The position numbers were made by a program, and so were the translations under genes. Source: Obrimoposthia wandeli (lineage: Eukaryota). From it: DNA of 64,000 nt. Of the stretch, positions 9,513 through 19,369 are shown piece by piece (position 1 is the first letter of the stretch; each line of letters starts with the position of its first letter). The stretch lies in assembly GCA_977020255.1 (NCBI GenBank), contig CDROCS010002469.1:310001-374000 (forward strand), written 5' to 3'. The notes under the pieces are model-generated. The model saw only the letters and a program-made list of their open reading frames with translations, made no database searches and was not told the origin of the DNA.

Positions 9513-11225
9513 TTGCAAACAACTAAACCCTTGGTGGGGTTAGCAAGAAGATTAGTGAAAGATGGCTATTTTTCAGCGCAGGTTGCTCATATTGCTTTAG
9601 AGAAGGCGCTCTCTTTGCAAAAACCATTTATCTCACACATTATTGCTGAAGAACTGATCAGTAATTACAATGCGGCTTTCGCGGCCTCCGATGAATTTGG
9701 CTTACCACTATTTGATTTAGATGTTTATCAACCAGAATACATTCCCGAAGGCTTAATTGACGAAAAACTTATTTTAAAGCACCGCGCTTTACCCATCATG
9801 CAGCGTAATAAGAAAATTTACGTCGCACTCGCTGACCCAACTAATATTGATGCACTAGATGAATTTAAGTTTCACACCGGCTTAAACGTTGAAGCGATCA
9901 TCGTTGAAGAAGATAAGCTACAACAGACTATCGATACCTTTCTAGATAACCAGGATGCAGGCTTAAGCGAACTAGATGATGAAAGCCTGGAAAATTTAGA
10001 ACTTGAAGATACCGAGCAACAAGAGCAAAAAGAGGAAACTGGTGAAGAAGCCTCAGAGGAGGCACCAATAGTACGCTTTGTGAATAAAGTATTACTTGAT
10101 TGCATTCGCAAAGGCGCTTCGGATATACATTTTGAACCTTATGAAAAGAGCTATCGGGTGCGCTCACGTATTGACGGTATTTTACAAGAAGTAGCTAAAC
10201 CACCTTCATCATTGGCCACAAGGCTTTCAGCCCGCTTGAAAGTCATGTCTAAAATGGATATTTCTGAGCGACGTGTGCCCCAAGATGGCCGCATTAAAAT
10301 GCGCTTGTCTAAATCTAGGTCTATCGATTTTCGTGTTAACTCGCTGCCCACTTTATGGGGAGAAAAAATTGTACTACGTATTTTGGATTCAAGCAGTGCT
10401 AAAATAGGCGTTGATGCACTAGGCTTTGACAGCAGACAAAAAGAGCTTTACTTAAATGCGCTGCAAAAGCCGCAAGGGATGATTTTAGTCACAGGCCCTA
10501 CTGGTAGTGGTAAAACGGTTTCTTTGTATACAGGCTTAAATATACTCAATACTGAAGAGCGCAATATTTCAACCGCGGAAGACCCCGTTGAAATAAACTT
10601 AGAAGGCGTTAATCAAGTACATGTCAACCCTAAAGTGGGGTTAACCTTTGCCGAAGCATTGCGTTCCTTTTTACGCCAAGACCCTGATGTAGTGATGGTT
10701 GGAGAAATACGAGATTTAGAAACCGCCGAAATTTCTATAAAAGCGGCACAAACCGGACACATGGTGCTTTCTACTTTACACACCAACAGCGCCGCTGAAA
10801 CCTTAACACGTTTAAGGAATATGGGCGTTGAAGCATTTAATGTTGCGACCGCTGTGTCGCTTATTATCGCGCAGCGTTTAGCTAGACGCTTGTGTGAAGA
10901 ATGCAAGGTTAGTTGCGACATTCCACAAAAAGCCTTACTAGAAGCGGGGTTTGTGCCTGAGGAAATAGCGGATTTAAACCTTTTTGAATACAACCCTGTC
11001 GGTTGTACACAATGCACTAAAGGCTATAAAGGGCGCGTTGGCATCTATGAAGTGCTATCAATGTCTTCAGAAATTTCCGATTGCATTATGAACAATGGCA
11101 CTTCTTTAGATATATCAGATATAGCCATTAGGCAAGGCTTTCGCCCTTTAAAAAGATCAGGCTTGGATAAAGTTGCACTGGGAATTACCTCTTTAGAAGA
11201 ATTAAATAGAGTGATAACGGTTTAA
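9513..11225 (+). CDS. pilB: Type IV pilus assembly ATPase
   Basis: GASDIHFEP, GPTGSGKT, STAEDPVE and LRQDPD motifs plus Zn-finger CEEC...CTQC. Start refined to TTG 9513, 8 nt after AGGAG. Confidence 0.95.
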   Translation: MQTTKPLVGLARRLVKDGYFSAQVAHIALEKALSLQKPFISHIIAEELISNYNAAFAASDEFGLPLFDLDVYQPEYIPEGLIDEKLILKHRALPIMQRNKKIYVALADPTNIDALDEFKFHTGLNVEAIIVEEDKLQQTIDTFLDNQDAGLSELDDESLENLELEDTEQQEQKEETGEEASEEAPIVRFVNKVLLDCIRKGASDIHFEPYEKSYRVRSRIDGILQEVAKPPSSLATRLSARLKVMSKMDISERRVPQDGRIKMRLSKSRSIDFRVNSLPTLWGEKIVLRILDSSSAKIGVDALGFDSRQKELYLNALQKPQGMILVTGPTGSGKTVSLYTGLNILNTEERNISTAEDPVEINLEGVNQVHVNPKVGLTFAEALRSFLRQDPDVVMVGEIRDLETAEISIKAAQTGHMVLSTLHTNSAAETLTRLRNMGVEAFNVATAVSLIIAQRLARRLCEECKVSCDIPQKALLEAGFVPEEIADLNLFEYNPVGCTQCTKGYKGRVGIYEVLSMSSEISDCIMNNGTSLDISDIAIRQGFRPLKRSGLDKVALGITSLEELNRVITV

Positions 11226-11244
11226 TGATAACTATTTAAGGATA

Positions 11245-12471
11245 ATGATGACCACTAAATCTAAAAAAATGTTTTCTTTTACTTGGTCTGGATTAGATAA
11301 AAGCGGCAACCAAAGTAAAGGGAAAATTCAAGCAACCAATGCGGCAGAAGCTAAAGCATTACTGCGAAGACAAGGCGTTGCACCACGCAAAGTGACTAAA
11401 GAATCAAGTATCAGTTTATTTAGTGCGCGTGGTAAACCCATAAAACCAGTAGATATTGCCTTTTTTACTCGCCAAGTTGCAACCATGTTAAAAGCAGGTG
11501 TTCCTTTAATCCAAGGCTTGGAAATCGTTTCTGCTGGGGTCGAAAAAGATGCGCTTAAGAAACTCATCCTCAGTATCAGGGACTCCGTAAACGGCGGCCT
11601 TGATCTAGCCTCCTCTATGGCAAAACATCCTCTTTTCTTTGATGATTTGTATTGTTCATTAGTCGCCGCTGGAGAGCAGTCAGGTTCTTTGGAGACGATG
11701 CTAGAGCGTATTGCTACTTACAAAGAGAAACTCGAATCCCTTAAAGCTAAAATTAAAAAAGCCCTTACTTACCCTACAGCGGTATTAGCGGTAGGCTTCA
11801 TTGTTTCGATAATATTGCTACTAAAAGTGGTTCCTCAATTTGAATCCATATTTAGTAATTTTGGTGCTGATTTGCCCGCATTTACCTTGATGATACTTGC
11901 CATGTCTGATTTTGTACAAGAGTGGTGGTGGATAATGGGCTTATCTTTTATTCTATTCATTTATGGTTTTATTCAATTAAAACGACGGTCAGTTAAATTT
12001 GCCAACTATTTAGATATATTTATTTTAAAGTTACCCGTGTTGGGAGAAATCTTGCGCAAAGCGATTATCGCGCGTTTTGCACGCACGCTCTCTACAACTT
12101 TTGCCGCGGGGGTACCGTTAGTCGAAGCGTTAGAATCTGCTGCAGGTGCTTCTGGCAATGTAATATACAGAGACGCTATCATTCAAATCCGCAATGCCGT
12201 TTCAACAGGGCAATCGCTTCAAAACTCGATGCTAATGACGGGAGTATTCCCTAATATGGTAGTACAGATGGTCGCCATTGGTGAAGAAGCAGGTTCATTA
12301 GATAATATGCTCGATAGAGTCGCGAGTTATTATGAGGAAGAAGTTGATAATGCCGTGGATAACATGTCTGCTTTAATGGAGCCTTTTATCATGGTTGTAC
12401 TCGGTACCATCGTTGGTGGTTTAGTGGTGGCTATGTATCTGCCGATCTTTAAACTCGGCGCTGTAGTCTAA
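11245..12471 (+). CDS. pilC: Type IV pilus inner-membrane platform protein
   Basis: Two T2SSF domains (FTRQVATMLKAGVP; AGEQSG; IGEEAGSL) ending in MYLPIFKLGAVV. Confidence 0.95.
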   Translation: MMTTKSKKMFSFTWSGLDKSGNQSKGKIQATNAAEAKALLRRQGVAPRKVTKESSISLFSARGKPIKPVDIAFFTRQVATMLKAGVPLIQGLEIVSAGVEKDALKKLILSIRDSVNGGLDLASSMAKHPLFFDDLYCSLVAAGEQSGSLETMLERIATYKEKLESLKAKIKKALTYPTAVLAVGFIVSIILLLKVVPQFESIFSNFGADLPAFTLMILAMSDFVQEWWWIMGLSFILFIYGFIQLKRRSVKFANYLDIFILKLPVLGEILRKAIIARFARTLSTTFAAGVPLVEALESAAGASGNVIYRDAIIQIRNAVSTGQSLQNSMLMTGVFPNMVVQMVAIGEEAGSLDNMLDRVASYYEEEVDNAVDNMSALMEPFIMVVLGTIVGGLVVAMYLPIFKLGAVV

Positions 12472-12674
12472 AGTAATAAAGTGTTGACACACAACGTAAG
12501 GTTCAAAATGCTCACTGAATTACTCAAGAAACTTAGCAACATTTTGTTATAGAGCTAATAATCGGTTTAACCTAACAAAATTACTACCTGAGATAGTGGG
12601 AGTATTCGAAAAGCTAGGACAAGGCCAAGCAGTCATTTACTGTTGTTTAACCATATGGTTGATCAGGTAAATAT

Positions 12675-13955
12675 TTAAACCGCCTTGCCCTCAGAGTCAA
12701 TGGCTTCTGTTCTGTTTCGGCCATTGTTCTTAGCTGTGTAGAGAGCCAAGTCAGCTCTCGCTAATGCTAGAGAAGGATCTTCTTGTTCATTTATAGTTGT
12801 TATGCCTAAACTTACGGTTACTGAAAAACCATTTTTAAGTAACTCTTTTTCGATAGTTATCCGTAACTCTTCTCCAAGTTTAATCATAGCGTCAAGACTT
12901 GTATCGTAAGCGATGAAAATAAACTCCTCTCCGCCCCATCTACATATTGTATCTGTATCTCGAATTGACTCATCCATCAGACGAGCAGTCAGCTTTATCA
13001 CATCATCTCCAATAGCATGACCATAAACATCATTTATACGTTTAAAATGATCTATATCTATATAGGCAATACTAAGAGGTGTATTAAGTTTAAAGGAGTT
13101 TTTTATATGATCCTTTAAAGTCTCCATTCCACTTCGGCGGTTTTGTAGTCCGGTAAGAGAATCATGAGAAGCTAGCTTTTGTAATTGAAACTCATATTGT
13201 TTTTGATCAGTAATGTCGTTAACTAACCCAACCACTCTAAGTGGGTTACCTGCATCATCTCGCTTACATACTGTCCCTTTGTCTTTTACCCAAATGTAAT
13301 GGCCATTCCTGTTACGTAAACGATACTCAGCTTCAAATTTTTGTCTTTTTCCTTCTAAATGCTCTGCAATTTTACCTAACACCATGGAAGTATCATCAGG
13401 ATGCAAATTATTTTTCCATGTATCTAAATCGTTACCCATTTCGTCAGGTCCATAGCCTAAAAGTCTTTTTAATTGATCGCTAAAAAACACTGTCGATTTT
13501 TTAACATCCCAATCCCAAAACCCATCACTAGATTCCTGCAACGCAAATAGCATACCTTCCTGAGATTCATTTATACCTTTAAAAAGGTCGGTTCTCTTTC
13601 TTATATCCCTAGCGATAGACAAAAAATAATTCTTTTGATTGAAATAAAAATGGGTAGTGTAAACCTCCACCTCTATTTCATGTCCTTGTTTATGTAAATG
13701 TCGACCAAGAAACCTAAAGGAATGATCAGCAGAGATAGCTTTGGCTATATCACACCATTGCGGAAGACCATGTACATCTTTCTGTAAACTTAGCACACTG
13801 TGGTTTAAAATTTCCTCTAACTCCATGCCTAACATCGCAGAAGCTTGCTTGTTGCCCCAGATAATATTTGAACTTTCTGGGTCTATCAAATAGGCAGCAT
13901 CAGACATATTATCAAATAACATTTGCAGAGATGGCATGTCTTTAAGAGCTATCAT
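12675..13955 (-). CDS. PAS-PAS diguanylate cyclase
   Basis: Two PAS/PAC regions, HDSLTGLQNR, DIDHFKRINDVYGH, intact GGEEF with RxxD I-site (RDTD). Confidence 0.9.
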   Translation of the reverse strand: MIALKDMPSLQMLFDNMSDAAYLIDPESSNIIWGNKQASAMLGMELEEILNHSVLSLQKDVHGLPQWCDIAKAISADHSFRFLGRHLHKQGHEIEVEVYTTHFYFNQKNYFLSIARDIRKRTDLFKGINESQEGMLFALQESSDGFWDWDVKKSTVFFSDQLKRLLGYGPDEMGNDLDTWKNNLHPDDTSMVLGKIAEHLEGKRQKFEAEYRLRNRNGHYIWVKDKGTVCKRDDAGNPLRVVGLVNDITDQKQYEFQLQKLASHDSLTGLQNRRSGMETLKDHIKNSFKLNTPLSIAYIDIDHFKRINDVYGHAIGDDVIKLTARLMDESIRDTDTICRWGGEEFIFIAYDTSLDAMIKLGEELRITIEKELLKNGFSVTVSLGITTINEQEDPSLALARADLALYTAKNNGRNRTEAIDSEGKAV

Positions 13956-14164
13956 TTATACTTTACTTCCTTGACGTTAACATCAATTATAAAATACTTG
14001 TAATGGAGCCTAATCCTCCAAGACAAATGTATGTAGATTCGTAGATCAACTCTCACAGTGTTTGATCAACAAAAACTAGACAGGGTTCACTTAGCCATTA
14101 GAAATGATAATTTTCCACATATCCATTGACCAATGACCAATGACTATAAATTACTACATCTAAT

Positions 14165-14317
14165 CATTAGTTTCCGGTTTAATTTTTGTTGCTCTCTAAC
14201 TCATTGATTTTACGTTAACGGAAAATACACCTTAGCTAAAAAAGATCCATTTCTGCATGATAGAAAACCACAAATCAATGAGTTAGAGAGCTTACACTTT
14301 TTAACCGGACAGCAATG
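14165..14317. mobile_element. MITE, copy 1 (153 bp) with perfect 9-bp target-site duplication
   Basis: Imperfect terminal inverted repeats (CATTAGTTTCCGGTTTAA ... TTAACCGGACAGCAATG), an internal perfect 20-bp inverted repeat at 14191-14210 / 14272-14291, and ACATCTAAT on both flanks (14156-14164 and 14318-14326). No coding capacity. Confidence 0.85.
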
Positions 14318-14531
14318 ACATCTAATGACAATCACTTTCTACACTAAATATGTTCATTTTTCTCCCGTATTCTCTGTTATGTATTTGTTACTCTATACAA
14401 CTGAGCAGTGCGAAACTGATACGCAAGAAAGTGATGAGGCTATCGTAAATCTTAGTAACTAAAGCAGTGATAGTTAGCGCTTTAAACTCTCAAAATAAAA
14501 TGATTATATATTCAATGAGACCTAAGGGTAA

Positions 14532-16820
14532 CTATTGTGCCGATAATACTGCTTCAAACTTTTCTTTTGGTAATGGCTTATGAAAATAATAACCTTGCCC
14601 ATAATCACAACCAAACATCTTTAGTTTATCCAATTGATCCTTTGTTTCAATACCTTCTGCTATCACCAATATATCCAATTTTTTAGCCATCTCTATAATG
14701 GCTTCGCAAAGAGCTAAATCATTATTAGTTGCAGATATACCCTGAACAAAAGATTGGTCTATTTTAATATAATCAATATTAAATTCTTTTAAATACGAAA
14801 ATGACGAATAGCCGGTACCAAAGTCATCGATAGATATTTCTACATCTGCCATCCGTAAAAAATCAATAACACTGGAAACTTCCGCTAAGTTTTCCATCAA
14901 TAGGTTTTCCGTGATTTCAATACCTATAGCTTTCGCGCAAAGCTGATTTTGATGTAGCAAAGCAATCCATGATTTCAATACAGCACCGTCATTTAAGTAT
15001 AAAAGAGGCGAAGTATTTATTTTAATTTGCAAATTATTGTCAAACTTCAATCGCCATTTCTTTACTTGAATAAGCACTTCCTGAAATACCCAATTACTTA
15101 TATCAACAATCAAACCGCTCTCTTCTGCCAAAGCAATAAAATCTAGAGGAGAGATTACGCCCTTTTTAGGATGCCTCCATCTTATTAAAGCTTCAGCTTT
15201 TGTTATCTGTCCACTATTCATATTAATAATGGGTTGATAGCAAATGAAGAACTCTTCGTTTTTTATAGCACTGTGTAAATCACTGATCATTACCTTACGT
15301 TCTAAATATGCATCAAGCATGGTACTGTTGAAGAAGCACAATCTATTTCTGCCACTTTTCTTAGCTTCATATAACGCTTGATCGGAGTTTCTAAGTAAGC
15401 TTTGTGTATTAGTCGCAATTTTAGAATAGTTAGCAATGCCAATGCTTGCCGTCGAATAAATTATTTCTTGTTTAAATTGTATCGGTTGAGCAAGAGATTT
15501 GATTAGCTTACTGCCCATTTCATTAGTCTGGAATATGGACAGCGGCTTTGTCATTATAATAACAAATTCATCCCCACCTAAACGATAAAGATAATCACTC
15601 TCCTTGAGACAACATTTGATACGTTTGGAGGTTTCAATCAATACGAAATCTCCTGCTTCATGCCCTAAGCTATCATTAACACTTTTAAAATTATCCAAAT
15701 CAAGTATAGCAACTGAAAAAGGTTGTTTAATACAATTGGAGTTGCTAATAATTTCATCTATTTGTCTATGAAACATCTCCCTATTTGGTAAGCCTGTTAA
15801 GCTATCGTAACTTGCCTGCCTCCAAATTATATCTTCACTCTTTCTGCGCTCTATTGCTATTTTAGCCAAACTCGCGAATTGCTCTATTAATAAATACTCC
15901 TTTGCTGTCGGCTTACTTATTTCGCTACGATAAATCGCGAAAGTACCGAGCACCTTGTTTTTATTGTCTATTATAGGATCAGACCAACATGCCTTAAGAC
16001 CGGCATCGTTAGCTAAACCCGTCCAGGCAGACCAGTACGGGTGAGTGGATATATTCTCAACGATAGTACGTTGCTTTGTATAAGCTGCATTCCCACAGGA
16101 TCCAACTCCCTTACCTATCACCAAACCATCCACCGCATCATTATAAAACTTTGGTAAGCTTGGAGAGGCTCCAATGGTTAAGTGTTTTCCAGATTCATCA
16201 AGCAAAAGGATACTACAAAAAGAGCCAGGTATTTCTTTTTCAATACTTGTAGCAACTTTTGATAGGATGGTTGGTAGTTCAGTTGTGTTGAGTACTAATT
16301 CTAATATTTCATTGCGCAAACTGCTCGATCTGTTGCTCTCTACTAAAGATTTTTTTTGTTTTTCTACATGCTTTGAAAAAAATAGTGAGAACATGTTAAT
16401 TAGTGCTAACGATGAAAACACTCGTAATAAGCTATAATCAGAAAACTCAGTATACGTAAATGCTAGTGAACTTAAGGCAATAATCGTATTCAAAATACTA
16501 GCAGTGATTGGAGGCAATAGGTAATACGATGCAACCATTAACGGAAAAAGCCAATAAATTGCCTGAGAGCCCTTTGTAATAATTATGGCCAATACAATAG
16601 GCAACATAAAAAGTACTAGTGCCCTTCCATGAATAGTGGTTTCTCCAGTGCGATAAACACTTATCACTAAACTTGTTAACCCTAAAACTGCAATAGCAGT
16701 TATTGATAACTGGGTATAGTCTTGAGAGAAGTAGTCAAGAACGAGAAAGGGGAGAATAATTATAATGCACGTTACAATGACACAAAGTAAAAAATATTTT
16801 TTTAGTTGATGATCTCTCAT
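14532..16820 (-). CDS. Membrane-anchored GAF-GGDEF-EAL c-di-GMP enzyme
   Basis: N-terminal multi-TM region, GAF domain (GSCGNAAY, WSDPI), intact GGDEF, EAL (AEALIRW) and DDFGTGYSS. Confidence 0.9.
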   Translation of the reverse strand: MRDHQLKKYFLLCVIVTCIIIILPFLVLDYFSQDYTQLSITAIAVLGLTSLVISVYRTGETTIHGRALVLFMLPIVLAIIITKGSQAIYWLFPLMVASYYLLPPITASILNTIIALSSLAFTYTEFSDYSLLRVFSSLALINMFSLFFSKHVEKQKKSLVESNRSSSLRNEILELVLNTTELPTILSKVATSIEKEIPGSFCSILLLDESGKHLTIGASPSLPKFYNDAVDGLVIGKGVGSCGNAAYTKQRTIVENISTHPYWSAWTGLANDAGLKACWSDPIIDNKNKVLGTFAIYRSEISKPTAKEYLLIEQFASLAKIAIERRKSEDIIWRQASYDSLTGLPNREMFHRQIDEIISNSNCIKQPFSVAILDLDNFKSVNDSLGHEAGDFVLIETSKRIKCCLKESDYLYRLGGDEFVIIMTKPLSIFQTNEMGSKLIKSLAQPIQFKQEIIYSTASIGIANYSKIATNTQSLLRNSDQALYEAKKSGRNRLCFFNSTMLDAYLERKVMISDLHSAIKNEEFFICYQPIINMNSGQITKAEALIRWRHPKKGVISPLDFIALAEESGLIVDISNWVFQEVLIQVKKWRLKFDNNLQIKINTSPLLYLNDGAVLKSWIALLHQNQLCAKAIGIEITENLLMENLAEVSSVIDFLRMADVEISIDDFGTGYSSFSYLKEFNIDYIKIDQSFVQGISATNNDLALCEAIIEMAKKLDILVIAEGIETKDQLDKLKMFGCDYGQGYYFHKPLPKEKFEAVLSAQ

Positions 16821-16971
16821 GATTAACTCTGTTATTAACGTATTATTTGCAAATATTAAATGGTGTCAATCCTAAAAACATAGGGGCCAGTATTTATAAA
16901 CAAACGTCTTATTAAAAAAATTATTTTTAAAGAATAGCTTACAACTAGAGCCTTTTTCGACATAATCATTT

Positions 16972-18840
16972 TTAAACCAAATACTTATTCAAATACTCTT
17001 TTTGGTAAAGATCTAACTCTCTTAAATATTTACTCTTAAGGTTTTCATCATACATTTTCAATAGTTCAACAGAAGATACTGGCTTGGAATAATAAAAACC
17101 TTGCGCCAATTCAACCCCGATACTCACTAGCTTGTCACTAATATCTAATGACTCAACTCCTTCAGCGATAACAGTCCAATGCATGTCCTTTGCCATAGAG
17201 ACGACGCCTTTTACTATCGCTTCACTTTCTGCGCTGTAAAGAATATCTTGTATAAACGTCCTATCAATTTTTACTATGCTGATAGGAATAGTTTTCATAT
17301 ATGCTAAAGAGCTCATGCCAGTTCCAAAGTCATCGATAGAACAAACAATGCCAATTTTTTTTAACTCATTAAGACCACTAGATATCTCTTTTATCCTAAG
17401 CGATGTTTCGCTTTCAAGTAATTCCAATTCCAAGAAATCGGTTATCCAAGGTTTATTCAAGGCCAATTTTTTAAGCTTACCAACGAAATCACTACTTGCG
17501 ACATCAAGAGGGAAAACATTAACCGATACTTTTATAAAAATGCCTGATTTTTTCCATCCCTCTACTTGCTTAACCACTAAATCTATAAGACTTAGCGTAA
17601 ATATATTCGCTATATGGCTACTAGGAACTAAGTCAATAAATCTATCAGGACTTAATAGTCCCTCGCGAGGGTGTTGCCACCTTACCAAACATTCAGCACC
17701 CATCATGGTTTGGGTTAAAAGGTCAATTTTGGGTTGGTAAAGCGTAATAAATTCATTATTTTCTATCGCTCTTGTTAACTCTGAACTATATGACAACCTC
17801 TTTTTTGCTTCAAATTCTATATCCTCACTATAAACAGCTATTTTGTTAGGAGTACGCCTTGCGTAACGAGCGGCCGACACCGCTTTATTAAGCTGTCCTT
17901 CGTTGTCTCCATTTGAAATTCCTATCACTAAATTTGGTGTAAACTCTATTCCGCTAACATATATAACGGTATCAAGGTCATTCAAAATATTACGAGCTAA
18001 ATCATAAGCATTGATCGATAATAAATTATCACAAATTAAATAGAATCTACTATATTCATAATGCCCAACAACATACTTCTTGTTCTCTAATTCCTTTAAT
18101 TTATCTGAAAATTTAGCTAACACTTCATCCCTTGAATTAGCGCCAAAGGCTTCTTCAAAACGTGATAAGTCAACCATATCAATGACAATAACATCCTTGC
18201 CATCAAGTGATGCTTTTTGTTCTAGAAAGGTTAAATTTTTTAATCCTGTACGTTTTTCAGTATAGGCTAATAACATTCTATCTTTGTTAACTGAATTAAT
18301 AAATTTGGCTAGAATCACTGCTACATATACAGAAACCCATATACAAATCCAGAGCACAATTGATGAGGTTATAATAGATCTTTTAGCATGTTCTGAAAGT
18401 GAACGATCAAATAAGTTGATTTTTTTTATGTATTGGATATCGTATTTCTCATTCACATGATGAAGCCCGATATAAGTATTTCCTTTTACGTCGTAGAAAT
18501 ATCTTTCTGACTCAAAATCAAGATCAGTATGAGGATTTATTGTAACTTTCTCGATTTTAAGCAATTTTTTTAATTTTTTATTGCCAAATTCTCTTCCATT
18601 AGAAAAGTATAAATATTGATCATTACCGATATCTACATCTACATCTACATCTACATCTATAATTTTTTCAAAAAACACAATAAAATCATGCGCATGCTTT
18701 AGTTCTAGTATTTGGGCTGTTTTTTTTGTGGAATAATACCCCTCTATCACGAAAAATATTGATATGAAAATAGTGATAATAACAAAGCAAGCTAATATTT
18801 TGTTTCTGATTTTTAAATTAAAAGATCCAACACTACTCAT
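16972..18840 (-). CDS. Two-TM sensor protein with degenerate GGDEF and EAL domains (probable c-di-GMP phosphodiesterase)
   Basis: Two TM helices flank a periplasmic domain. GGDEF position reads EYSRF. EAL domain has AECLVRW, DDFGTGMSS, KIDR and AEGVE. Start ATG 18840 or 18849. Confidence 0.85.
   Translation of the reverse strand: MSSVGSFNLKIRNKILACFVIITIFISIFFVIEGYYSTKKTAQILELKHAHDFIVFFEKIIDVDVDVDVDIGNDQYLYFSNGREFGNKKLKKLLKIEKVTINPHTDLDFESERYFYDVKGNTYIGLHHVNEKYDIQYIKKINLFDRSLSEHAKRSIITSSIVLWICIWVSVYVAVILAKFINSVNKDRMLLAYTEKRTGLKNLTFLEQKASLDGKDVIVIDMVDLSRFEEAFGANSRDEVLAKFSDKLKELENKKYVVGHYEYSRFYLICDNLLSINAYDLARNILNDLDTVIYVSGIEFTPNLVIGISNGDNEGQLNKAVSAARYARRTPNKIAVYSEDIEFEAKKRLSYSSELTRAIENNEFITLYQPKIDLLTQTMMGAECLVRWQHPREGLLSPDRFIDLVPSSHIANIFTLSLIDLVVKQVEGWKKSGIFIKVSVNVFPLDVASSDFVGKLKKLALNKPWITDFLELELLESETSLRIKEISSGLNELKKIGIVCSIDDFGTGMSSLAYMKTIPISIVKIDRTFIQDILYSAESEAIVKGVVSMAKDMHWTVIAEGVESLDISDKLVSIGVELAQGFYYSKPVSSVELLKMYDENLKSKYLRELDLYQKEYLNKYLV
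18631..18660 (+). repeat. In-frame hexanucleotide tandem repeat (ATCTAC)4 + ATCTAT
   Basis: Read directly from the sequence. Encodes the IDVDVDVDVD run in the EAL protein on the minus strand. Confidence 0.9.
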
Positions 18841-19051
18841 TCTCTTCACTCTTACTAGAAACCCCCACTAAACTATACATAAAACACCAACATACAAAAC
18901 TAGATAAAATGTTTATTAGTCCAAAATAGAAACAAAATAAACTTAGCCAATATACAGGGACAATGTCAAAACCATAGCAGCTAAAAGCAATTAGCGAGCT
19001 GCCAAGTACAATTCTTGCAATTCGATCTGTGGTGCTCATATTAGCTTTCAT
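18833..19051 (-). CDS. DUF2892 (YgaP-like) small membrane protein
   Basis: MKANMSTTDRIARIVLG N-terminus, two TM segments and a C-terminal C..Y.L.G motif. SD AGGA. Overlaps the EAL gene start by 8 nt. Confidence 0.8.
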   Translation of the reverse strand: MKANMSTTDRIARIVLGSSLIAFSCYGFDIVPVYWLSLFCFYFGLINILSSFVCWCFMYSLVGVSSKSEENE

Positions 19052-19369
19052 GAAATTTCCTTCAAATGTCAAACGTCAAATGTATAGCTAAGACTCAGGG
19101 ATAAAACATGGTATCTCATTAGCTAAAACATTAGAGTGATTAAATACTATTAAACGCCACTCATCTGTCAATGAATCAATAATTTAATTTTAAATCATCT
19201 ATCAAAAAATTCATTACGCTAGATCAATTAATCGATCTTAAAACATCAAAAAACGAGGAATTACCGATGAAGAAAACTATCATTTACCTGCAATTATTCA
19301 TCGAATAAATAGCTGGAAAGAATACTAATTCAACGGAAATAACTTCGTTGCTAGCACCGCACAGCATAA

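Noticed and set aside
14100-14118. Fur-box-like AATGATAAT upstream of the PAS-PAS DGC
   Set aside because: Only one half-site matches, and AT-rich DNA gives such matches by chance.
14191-14291. Integron attC reading of the 20-bp inverted repeat (..TAAC / GTTA..)
   Set aside because: The R boxes do not fit RYYYAAC/GTTRRRY, there is no cassette array or intI, and the 9-bp TSD plus outer TIRs are better explained by a MITE.
12472-14531. c-di-GMP-I (GEMM) riboswitch in island intergenic regions
   Set aside because: No GGCAAAC...GAAA...GGGACGCAAAGC pattern on either strand.
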